Notes under the pieces: generated by a model
Seen by the model: the letters and a program-made list of their open reading frames with translations, nothing else
The model's database searches: none
Told to the model about the DNA's origin: nothing
Assembly: GCA_015232315.1 (NCBI GenBank)
Contig: JADFZZ010000004.1
Span: forward strand, 83,414 to 115,413
DNA length: 32,000 nucleotides
Direction of reading: 5' to 3'
Source: SAR324 cluster bacterium
GTDB taxonomy: Bacteria > SAR324 > NAC60-12
Program-made: the position numbers and the translations under genes
Shown here: positions 8,104 through 16,065 of the stretch, one piece after another
How the letters are laid out: each line of letters opens with the position of its first letter
How positions within the stretch are numbered: position 1 is the first letter of the stretch

Positions 8104-9378
8104 CTATTCATAAAATTTGAAATTTTTCAGTTTTTTCTTTCGTGAGCGGTCTTTCCGGGCAACGGTTCCCAAACCTTTATATTTGACATAGAGCAACAAT
8201 CGATCCAACAAATCATGCTCTTTTGTGGATAAATCCATGAACTTCAGACCATAAACCCATTGTTTATTCTGTTTTTTTCTGGTCATGATCCGTCCCCCCA
8301 GGGTCAGTGGACTGGATAGTGCTTCAGATTCAATGTTGACCCACGCCCAGGTTTTGGGTTTAATTTTGAAATGGGTCAGCAATCCCACCCCTCCCACAGA
8401 CATATCCACCAGAATGCCTTCAAAATTATCATTCAGGGTATGTCCGGAAACTGGAATATTGCAGGAATGACGTGGAGCAAATCGTTGTTCCAGGAATAGT
8501 TTACGAAAAAATATTGCATGGCTAAGCAACAATCTGGCGGATTCCTGATGAGAAATAGCGTAATTGAAATTGACCAGAAGATGATCGCCCATATGAAGAC
8601 GTGTGTCCAGTCTCACGGGAAGTCGAACAGGCCCGCTTAAGGAAGGATGGACAAAATCAACAATGGTCATTTGCTTTAGATCAACCCACTTTTCCCAGGA
8701 GCCTGTTTTGATACGTGCTTCAAAAGATAAAATACTCACATGCTCAACTGTTCCATCTACAAAAAGAATACTTTCTTCGTCTGACAACCGGCAAGTCAGG
8801 CCCGAAATAAAATTATGGATGACCCCCTGAAGATGAACATCCACCAACATGGTGCTTAGCGAATAGCGAGTGTCGGTGTTGATGGTTCCGAGATAAATAT
8901 GATAACCCAATAATGGAAGATACAACACCGCAAACAGTCCATGCAGGGCAATCAACACGCTTTTAAGTCCCGGCAAATCATGCGGACGTAAAAAATAAAG
9001 GGTGATTCCCGTAATGGACATCAGTGTAATCACGACCACTGACAAGAGTAGGAACAGCCATTGTTTCACGATCATTTTATCTGAAACGATACTTTCGCCA
9101 CCTTTACCAGTGGGATTCTGCAACACAATCAGGCTCAAAATTCCGGAACCGGTCATCCAGAAAATTCCAATGGTGATATGCCACCATCGGGTATCCCGAG
9201 CTAAAAAATCTCCCACATGGCGTAGTTCAACGATTTGAGAAATCCCCAGAGTATACAGTAACAGAATCATGGTCGCATTGAACCAGTGCAACCATCGTAT
9301 ACGGGGAGCGAATCGTGAAATGATGACAGTATCCTCAGGTGCTAACAGTTCCAGTCCGATACTTGCGGCATTTGTCAT
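8104..9378 (-). CDS. Cytochrome b561/FdnI-like di-haem membrane protein fused to a C-terminal PilZ domain
   Basis: Transmembrane segments with histidines at RIRWLHWFNA, RWWHITIGIFW, VLIALHGLFA and LLGYHIYLG. C-terminal PilZ motifs: RFAPR (RxxxR) and DMSVGG (DxSxxG). Confidence 0.85.
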   Translation of the reverse strand: MTNAASIGLELLAPEDTVIISRFAPRIRWLHWFNATMILLLYTLGISQIVELRHVGDFLARDTRWWHITIGIFWMTGSGILSLIVLQNPTGKGGESIVSDKMIVKQWLFLLLSVVVITLMSITGITLYFLRPHDLPGLKSVLIALHGLFAVLYLPLLGYHIYLGTINTDTRYSLSTMLVDVHLQGVIHNFISGLTCRLSDEESILFVDGTVEHVSILSFEARIKTGSWEKWVDLKQMTIVDFVHPSLSGPVRLPVRLDTRLHMGDHLLVNFNYAISHQESARLLLSHAIFFRKLFLEQRFAPRHSCNIPVSGHTLNDNFEGILVDMSVGGVGLLTHFKIKPKTWAWVNIESEALSSPLTLGGRIMTRKKQNKQWVYGLKFMDLSTKEHDLLDRLLLYVKYKGLGTVARKDRSRKKKLKNFKFYE

Positions 9379-9399
9379 GAAGGTCCTTGGAAAATATGG

Positions 9400-9960
9400 C
9401 TACAGATATTCGCCTGTGGCAACATTGTAATATTTTGAATATTCTTTACCGGTTTTGACATGACAGTCCACACACCGGACATCAGTATTATCCCGTTTCA
9501 TATCAAAATCGCCCTCATCCATCAATTGGTGTGCGTAACGGACATCAGCCTTGCTGTGATTATGACAACTAATACATTGAACTTTTCGATACGTGGTCCG
9601 GTTGGTGATATCTTGGTGGCATTCCTTGCACTTCAACGTGAAATGATATTTTTTTCCTTCGAGCACCAGAACTTTACTGTGATATAAGGCCGCAGTGGAT
9701 TGTTTCCATCCAAAAAAACTGGGTTGATGGCACAAATTACAGGTTCCCAAATCATTATGGGCTTCCGGACGATTGGTATGGCAACTGTCACAACGGCGCT
9801 GAATGCCGTAAATATTCAGTTTCAGGTCGCCCAACAATCCGCGCCCATGCCCAAACAGTCCAACGTCAAAAAATTGCTCATAGGGCGTTTCTCTTACGCG
9901 GGGATCAGTGCATGAAATGAGCAAAAAGCAGATTCCAATTATTCCAGTGATACGAAGCAT
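9400..9960 (-). CDS. Pentahaem c-type cytochrome, predicted lipoprotein
   Basis: Five CxxCH motifs (CDSCH, CNLCH, CKECH, CISCH, CVDCH). The start at 9960 gives MLRITGIIGICFLLISC-TDPR, a signal peptide with lipobox. Confidence 0.88.
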   Translation of the reverse strand: MLRITGIIGICFLLISCTDPRVRETPYEQFFDVGLFGHGRGLLGDLKLNIYGIQRRCDSCHTNRPEAHNDLGTCNLCHQPSFFGWKQSTAALYHSKVLVLEGKKYHFTLKCKECHQDITNRTTYRKVQCISCHNHSKADVRYAHQLMDEGDFDMKRDNTDVRCVDCHVKTGKEYSKYYNVATGEYL

Positions 9961-10015
9961 CAGGGGGTTTATATGAAGCAGATTACAAATTGAGAAGGCA
10001 ATGCCACAGTTTGAC

Positions 10016-10378
10016 TCAGGATTCTTCAACTTCCTGTTCCTCATCAGAATGTACATGATCCAGGACGGTAATCAAAATCAGGGAAAACAGTGCTCCTGAT
10101 ACAAAGCCTTGTCGAACAGGCCACCAATCGTGGACAAGAAACAGGTCCGATAACGCCAGAAACACAGGGACTAATCCAATTGCCACATACACCGCATTAG
10201 GGTTGCTTATTCGAACCTTGAACCGGATAAACCGGATCAAAAATGGAATGACAACGCCCCAAACAATGCCATATCCCCAGTCTGTGTTAAATCCTCCGGG
10301 AGACGGGATGCTGAAGATTAATAGAATCAGACAGGTCAGGTTGTAAGACGAAATATGAAATTTACCAATGGGAATCAT
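10016..10378 (-). CDS. Small hypothetical membrane protein
   Basis: 120-aa ORF with about three to four hydrophobic segments and an acidic C-terminus (HSDEEQEVEES). Same strand as, and immediately upstream of, the cytochrome genes. Confidence 0.7.
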   Translation of the reverse strand: MIPIGKFHISSYNLTCLILLIFSIPSPGGFNTDWGYGIVWGVVIPFLIRFIRFKVRISNPNAVYVAIGLVPVFLALSDLFLVHDWWPVRQGFVSGALFSLILITVLDHVHSDEEQEVEES

Positions 10379-10472
10379 GACACCTCAAACTCAATATTTT
10401 GAAAAAAAGAATTCTTACTTTTGCAGGTATGCTGTTTGGACGCACATGTCAATAATTAACAAAGACAAAATT

Positions 10473-10820
10473 CTATGATTCCTGGATATCGCTCAAATAA
10501 TAGCGCCACGCCGGAGCATGTTGCTCAATGTGGTGGATCAGTTTTTCAGATATTTCACGTAACAATGCGACCTGATCATCAGGATCCGGCAGATTGTAGG
10601 GTTGTATTCGTATCTGGATAGCTCCTCCAGCGGGTGTTTCTTGATTTTGTGTAACTTTAAGGAGTAATTCCTCTGGTTGAACAATATAATAGCAGGGGTG
10701 AGAATCGATGCTCTGTCCTGTTTGAACAGGTTTTCCAGATGTGGACAGCACCTCAACCAAAAATTCAAACACTTTCCGGGAAGAATCTGAATTGTCTAAA
10801 TATAAATCCCTAAACTTCAT
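10473..10820 (-). CDS. Hypothetical 115-aa protein
   Basis: Its start codon overlaps the kdsB stop by 4 nt (ATGA), consistent with translational coupling. No family recognised. Confidence 0.65.
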   Translation of the reverse strand: MKFRDLYLDNSDSSRKVFEFLVEVLSTSGKPVQTGQSIDSHPCYYIVQPEELLLKVTQNQETPAGGAIQIRIQPYNLPDPDDQVALLREISEKLIHHIEQHAPAWRYYLSDIQES

Positions 10821-11572
10821 GCTGGAGTTTCCTTTGTCTTGTGGGAGTTGTTCATTAAAAAACGCTCCACTTTAAGGATGTCGTCTGGATGATCCACACC
10901 AATCCCCTCAAATTTTGCGGGAACGCACAAAATCGGGTATCCACGTTCCAATATTCTTAGTTGTTCCAGTGATTCAGTGCTTTCCAGTTGAGTTTGAGGC
11001 CATTTACTGAATGCCAGCAGAAAATCTTTCCGGTAAAAATATATACCAAGATGTTTCCACATGGATTGCGGAGGGTGCCGGGGATAAGGAATTGCGGCTC
11101 TGGAAAAATACAAGGCATGGTTGTTCTGATTTAAAACAACCTTGACTACATTCGGATTATTAAAGTGTGTCTCCTCTGTGATCGGGAAAATCAAGGTTGA
11201 TATTGGACACTCACCTGTCCCCATTGTGGTTTCTACCAGGTTATTCAAATCATCTGGAGAAATGACCGGTTCGTCCCCCTGAACATTCAAGATCCATTCG
11301 CAGGATAGATGTTGTGCGGCTTCAGCCAGACGATCCGTTCCCGTAGAGTGATCGGGGCTGGTCATGATGACTTCTCCGCCAAAATCTTTTACAACCCGGG
11401 CAATTCGCTCATCATCCGTGGCAACCATCACCTTTTCAATTCCTGATTGTGTGACCTGTTGATATACACGCTGGATCATTGGCAGGCCCATGATCTTCAC
11501 CAGGGGTTTTCCGGGAAATCGTGTAGATGCGTAGCGAGCTGGAATAATGGCGACAACCTTATGAAATGTCAT
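10817..11572 (-). CDS. kdsB: 3-deoxy-manno-octulosonate cytidylyltransferase
   Basis: IIPARYASTRFPGKPLVKI, ATDDERI, DHSTGTDRLAEA, NVQGDEPVISP. Confidence 0.97.
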   Translation of the reverse strand: MTFHKVVAIIPARYASTRFPGKPLVKIMGLPMIQRVYQQVTQSGIEKVMVATDDERIARVVKDFGGEVIMTSPDHSTGTDRLAEAAQHLSCEWILNVQGDEPVISPDDLNNLVETTMGTGECPISTLIFPITEETHFNNPNVVKVVLNQNNHALYFSRAAIPYPRHPPQSMWKHLGIYFYRKDFLLAFSKWPQTQLESTESLEQLRILERGYPILCVPAKFEGIGVDHPDDILKVERFLMNNSHKTKETPA

Positions 11573-12010
11573 GATCAGTCTCAGAGCCAGGTTGAACAGA
11601 ATATTGGTGGTATTTGTATAAAATCCCTCATGAAAGCTATTCTTACAGAAATCCTTGAGGAGTGTCTATTCTAAAATTTGAGATTTTATGGCGCACATAT
11701 TGTCATCCATTGTGCATTTTATGTCATATGTTTCACGTTATTATCATTCGATGTAATTTAATAACATCAAATTAAGCCATAATATTTGTTCTGAGATTCA
11801 TGTTTTTAATATTTACCAGAGACAACTACGCAAAAATTTGGGCATTAAAAATATTACTAATATAATCAATAATTTGATTGTGTTTGTTTCAAAGAAACAG
11901 GGAATATAAAATATTGTTAAAAATAGTTAAAATTTATTTTTTTTAAGTAAAAAATTGTTAGATTGGCATGAATATTGAGTTAGTGAATCCGTCATGTTTA
12001 ATTCAGGATT

Positions 12011-12031
12011 GACTCGCAATGAATGTGAGTC
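12011..12031 (+). promoter_or_regulatory. Small hairpin in the leader of the porin-like gene
   Basis: GACTCGCA-ATGAA-TGTGAGTC: 8-bp stem including one G-T pair. It lies about 30 nt upstream of the start codon, with an AAAGGA ribosome-binding site at 12051-12056. Confidence 0.35.
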
Positions 12032-12063
12032 ATGTATGAATAACCCCAACAAAGGATGGATAT

Positions 12064-13095
12064 ATGATAAAAAAAATCGCAATTACCTCAATGGCTGCTT
12101 TTTTGAGTCTGTCTGTGGCAAATGCTAAATGTCTGGACCAACAGGAAACCAAATTATGTTTGGGTGGTGAAGTAGCCGGCGCATTACAAATCAGTTCCAG
12201 TGATAATGGCACAACATCATCATCTCATATTGCTACTCCTGGAAGAGCTGAGTTGACTGCGAATATTGTGTTACCAGAAAACAATGGCTGGCAAACAGAA
12301 GCCTATTATACCATTAGCTCTGACTCTAATGAAAAGCTGGATGACTATCGGATCAAGGTTTCTTCCGGTAATGTGTCAATTCTGGCTGGACGAGATGGCA
12401 TTGGCTACGTCAAACAAGGACAAAACTATGTGACAGAAATGGGATCAACCACTGTCGGAACCTATGGTGATGGAACGCTGCTCAATGATAACAATCTGGC
12501 GCTGGAATATAGAGTCAATGAGAATTTCGCAATGCGTGGTGGCTTGAGTTATGAGGCCTATGAAGCCGTTGCGGCACAGGCCGAAGTCCTCGATAGTACG
12601 ACGGGTGCCGTGATCACTCCGGCTCAGGATGCTATAAATGCTGATGCCATGGCCTTGGCGCTGGTGGCTGAAGCTAACGTTGCCGGCTTGGGATTTGGAC
12701 TTGAATTTGAAACCAAATCTTATGGCGAACCTGCGGATGCTCCAACAGGGTTTACCGCACCTGATGGGCAAACCACATTGACTGTTGGTCTGCAATATAC
12801 AATTGCTGACAAGTACACTCCCTACCTGAACTATGGATCTTTCACACAGAATGCTGATGTGACTGAAACAGGAATTGATTTTGGTGTTGACGCCAATCTG
12901 GATGTGGTCGGACTGACCGTTGGTATGGAAAATTATGACAGTGGAATTGATGGTGCTGACACAACAAGCAGCATATACCTGGGCGTGATCGCTGGTGTGT
13001 TTGGTGATACACAGGTTGGATTTCAATATCAAACCAGCACTACGGGTGATATTTCATCCAGTGAAACAATGGTTGAGTTATATAGCACATTCTAA
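12064..13095 (+). CDS. Outer-membrane porin-like beta-barrel protein
   Basis: Signal peptide MIKKIAITSMAAFLSLSVANA followed by alternating beta-strand-like segments typical of Gram-negative porins. Ends in an aromatic residue (VELYSTF). Confidence 0.82.
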   Translation: MIKKIAITSMAAFLSLSVANAKCLDQQETKLCLGGEVAGALQISSSDNGTTSSSHIATPGRAELTANIVLPENNGWQTEAYYTISSDSNEKLDDYRIKVSSGNVSILAGRDGIGYVKQGQNYVTEMGSTTVGTYGDGTLLNDNNLALEYRVNENFAMRGGLSYEAYEAVAAQAEVLDSTTGAVITPAQDAINADAMALALVAEANVAGLGFGLEFETKSYGEPADAPTGFTAPDGQTTLTVGLQYTIADKYTPYLNYGSFTQNADVTETGIDFGVDANLDVVGLTVGMENYDSGIDGADTTSSIYLGVIAGVFGDTQVGFQYQTSTTGDISSSETMVELYSTF

Positions 13096-13113
13096 CCATT
13101 CAAGTGGTTCTGC

Positions 13114-13141
13114 GATAACCCGTAGTCCCCCACGGGTTATC
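13114..13141 (+). terminator. Probable transcription terminator hairpin between convergent genes
   Basis: GATAACCCGT-AGTCCCCC-ACGGGTTATC: perfect 10-bp stem, 8-nt loop, 18 nt after the porin stop codon. The U-tract is weak. Confidence 0.6.
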
Positions 13142-13242
13142 TTAACCACTCAGTTCGGTTGGTTTACCAGTCGACCTGCCACCTTCCTGAAAGTAGCCTG
13201 ATCAAATTCAATGTTCTGACCCGACCAAACCGTTTCCGTTCA

Positions 13243-14517
13243 CTATTGTGCAGCTTGAGCCAACGCTTGTTCCAGATCTGCGACAATGTCATCAATATGC
13301 TCAATACCAATACAAAGCCGTATCATATCAGCGGTGACACCGGCTGACGTCAGTTCGGTTTCTGACAACTGTCTGTGTGTCGTTGATGCCGGATGCGCCG
13401 CTAATGACTTGGCATCCCCGATATTGACCAGACGTTTGAATAATTTGAGAGCATCATAAAATTTGACAGCGGATTCATAACCACCCTTGATTCCAAAAGA
13501 CATCAAGGCTGACGGTCGCCCCTTCGTATATTTTTGCGCGAGTTCATAATACGGCGAATCTGGAAGTGCCGCAAATTTAACCCAGGCAACCCTAGGATGT
13601 TGTTTTAAATATTTTGCCGCGGCCAGGGCATTGTCACAATGGCGTTCCATGCGCAATGGAAGGGTCTCGATTCCCTGTAAAATCAGAAACGCGTTCATCG
13701 GACTGATGGCAGAACCTGTATTTCTCAAGGGAACAGTACGGGCTCTTGCGATATAGGCGGCTGGTCCCATCGCGGCCGTATAAACCACACCATGATAGGA
13801 AGGTTCCGGCTTGTTCAACACAGGAAATCTTTCAGGGTATTTTTCCCAGGGGAATTTTCCGGAATCCACAATGAGTCCTCCCAGTGAATTTCCATGCCCG
13901 CCCATATATTTGGTCAGTGAGTAAACTACTATGGAAGCACCATAGTCAATTGGCCTGATGATAGCCGGAGCAACGGTGTTATCCACAATCAATGGTATTC
14001 CATGTTTTTGTGCCATTTTCGCAAGGGCTTCAATATCCACAATATTGCCTGCCGGATTGCCGATGCTTTCGCAATAGACAGCAACAGTTTTATCATCTAT
14101 CAAGGCTTCAAGGCTGGCGGCACTGTCATCCTTTGCAAAACGCACATCAATTCCCTGCTTGGGGAGCATGTGGGCAAACAAAGTATAGGTTCCGCCATAA
14201 AGCATGGGAACAGAAACAATATTGTTACCTTGTTCAGCAATCGTCAGAATGGAGTAATTGATTGCGGCACTGCCTGAACTGACCGCAAGTCCGGCAATTC
14301 CGCCATCCAGCGCAGCCACTCTTTTTTCCAGAACATCCGCAGTCGGATTCATGATTCTGGTATAAATATTTCCGGGAACCGCCAGGTTGAATAAATCAGC
14401 TCCATGCTGGGCGTTGTCAAATTCATAGGCGACTGTCTGATAAATGGGCACGGCCACAGATTTTGTGGTCGGATCTGTTTGATAACCGGCATGAATGGAT
14501 ATTGTTTCTGGTTTCAT
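13243..14517 (-). CDS. metY: O-acetylhomoserine aminocarboxypropyltransferase (PLP-dependent sulfhydrylase)
   Basis: SIHAGYQTDPTTKSVAVPIYQTVAYEFDN, YTRIMNPTADVLEKRVAALDGG, PLP-lysine region VVYSLTKYMGGHGNSLGG, and LVNIGDAKSLAAHPASTTHRQL. Confidence 0.95.
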   Translation of the reverse strand: MKPETISIHAGYQTDPTTKSVAVPIYQTVAYEFDNAQHGADLFNLAVPGNIYTRIMNPTADVLEKRVAALDGGIAGLAVSSGSAAINYSILTIAEQGNNIVSVPMLYGGTYTLFAHMLPKQGIDVRFAKDDSAASLEALIDDKTVAVYCESIGNPAGNIVDIEALAKMAQKHGIPLIVDNTVAPAIIRPIDYGASIVVYSLTKYMGGHGNSLGGLIVDSGKFPWEKYPERFPVLNKPEPSYHGVVYTAAMGPAAYIARARTVPLRNTGSAISPMNAFLILQGIETLPLRMERHCDNALAAAKYLKQHPRVAWVKFAALPDSPYYELAQKYTKGRPSALMSFGIKGGYESAVKFYDALKLFKRLVNIGDAKSLAAHPASTTHRQLSETELTSAGVTADMIRLCIGIEHIDDIVADLEQALAQAAQ

Positions 14518-14550
14518 AGTCTAATGAACTCCTAAGTTTAAGTTGAAAAT

Positions 14551-15609
14551 TCAGACAGTTTTTCCGGAACTGTCCGGTCGGACCAGCGGATGAGGATGAT
14601 CAAACGCGGTTTTTTGATAGACAAGGCCCAGCCAGTTGTTAAAAATGGCTTTTCCTGTGTCTCTCCAGGTATTATCAAGATAAGGTTCAATCCTTTGCTC
14701 AGGAAAGGGAGGAATGGGGGTTCCTTTTTCTTTGGCAATAAACACCATGAGTTTGTATTGTTCCGCAATGCTTTGGGCTTCAGGACTGAAATAATTTTCC
14801 GGGGAAGGCGGATAATCAGGTCGTTTTCCATCCAGAAATAACAGAATTTCACGTTTATATTCTTTCAGCAGACTGTTGCTGTCATATTCAGGATGTCCCT
14901 GTAGAAAGAAAATTCTGAAATTATCAGGACTGACGGCCATGTTAACCCCTCCATCCAGAGATTCGACCAGAATCTTCAATCCTGCCTTTTCGAGTTGTTC
15001 CCTCAAAAGGGTGTTGTATCTGGATTGCGGGACATCAAACCGGGTGTTGATATCTCTCAGGACAGGATGTTCCACCTGGGTGATCCGATGGCTATAAACG
15101 CCCCATAGTTTTTGTGGCAGCATGTATCGATCAATATTATACAGATGCTTCACCAGCGCATGCGTCGAAAGGCAGGAACAAAGCACGGAGGCCACATTTT
15201 CAGTAGCCCAACTGATGACTTCTTTCAGCGTATGCCAGAATGGTTGTTGCTCCAGCATGGGGCTGGCGACATTTGCGCCAGTGATGATCAGGGCATCAAG
15301 CCCCTGTTTTTTGACGCTCTCAAAGGATGTGTAAAAATTATTGATATAATCCTGGGTATCTTTTCCACGGGCAAGACCTGGAATTGAAAAGGGATGAATG
15401 TAAAACTGCGCAATCTGGTTACAACTGCCAATCAATCGCATGAATTGACGTTCGGTCGCCTGTAGTGCCGCATCAGGCATCATATTCAGCAGTCCAATAT
15501 TTAACTCTCTGATATCCTGATGCAGAGCATCTTTTAAAGACAGGACGTCCTGACCTTGTACACGTAATTGATCAAAAGTTGGCAATTGGCTATGTGCGAC
15601 TAAAGGCAT
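14551..15609 (-). CDS. metA: Homoserine O-acyltransferase, MetA family (acetyl or succinyl)
   Basis: LNIGLLNMMPDAALQATERQFMRLIG, LDALIITGAN, WATENVASVLCSCLSTHA, FFLQGHPEYDSNSLLKEYKRE. Confidence 0.94.
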   Translation of the reverse strand: MPLVAHSQLPTFDQLRVQGQDVLSLKDALHQDIRELNIGLLNMMPDAALQATERQFMRLIGSCNQIAQFYIHPFSIPGLARGKDTQDYINNFYTSFESVKKQGLDALIITGANVASPMLEQQPFWHTLKEVISWATENVASVLCSCLSTHALVKHLYNIDRYMLPQKLWGVYSHRITQVEHPVLRDINTRFDVPQSRYNTLLREQLEKAGLKILVESLDGGVNMAVSPDNFRIFFLQGHPEYDSNSLLKEYKREILLFLDGKRPDYPPSPENYFSPEAQSIAEQYKLMVFIAKEKGTPIPPFPEQRIEPYLDNTWRDTGKAIFNNWLGLVYQKTAFDHPHPLVRPDSSGKTV

Positions 15610-15987
15610 GGTACCTTTTCACATAAAATGTTTTCAAATCAGATGTTCAGCCATGGTGTTGCCGCGAACACTCATTGACTGATACCTCAACGATATAGGG
15701 TTGTTTATGGGTATTTTCAGGAGAGATAACGTCCACTCAGACTGAAAACCAAATAATGGAAGACAATGAACCATATCGAAATGATACTGTCGAGAAAAAT
15801 GGTTGAAAATTAAATGTGTGATTGACATTCTCTTTGGGATAACACAATAACAGATAAAATGACTGTTGATAAACCCTGAAAACATAATTTACGGTTCAAT
15901 CCCATCAAATTGTCTTAATGTATTCGACGGATTGGATGCCTGTGATACAGGTGTTTTTCAATGAATGATGGATATTGACCGCAATAT

Positions 15988-16034
15988 TAAGTACCCGATC
16001 AAAAGTTATTTAACATTTTTGATCGGGGTACTTA
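15988..16034. promoter_or_regulatory. Strong inverted repeat / hairpin upstream of the universal stress protein gene
   Basis: TAAGTACCCGATCAAAA / TTTTGATCGGGGTACTTA: about 17 bp with a single-nt bulge. The loop contains a smaller GTTA..TAAC palindrome. Confidence 0.6.
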
Positions 16035-16065
16035 TACAAATTTAAAAACCAATTGAAGGTTAGTT

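Noticed and set aside
12445-13032. 195-aa ORF antisense to the porin-like gene
   Set aside because: Lies entirely inside a clear coding gene on the other strand and has no recognisable domain or ribosome-binding site; best explained as an open antisense frame.
15661-15780. Possible SAM riboswitch on the minus strand upstream of metA
   Set aside because: I compared it by eye with the SAM-I and SAM-II core consensus and found no match; needs a covariance-model scan.
15634-15885. 83-aa minus-strand ORF upstream of metA, considered as a leader peptide
   Set aside because: No run of methionine codons or attenuator structure and no family; insufficient evidence for translation.
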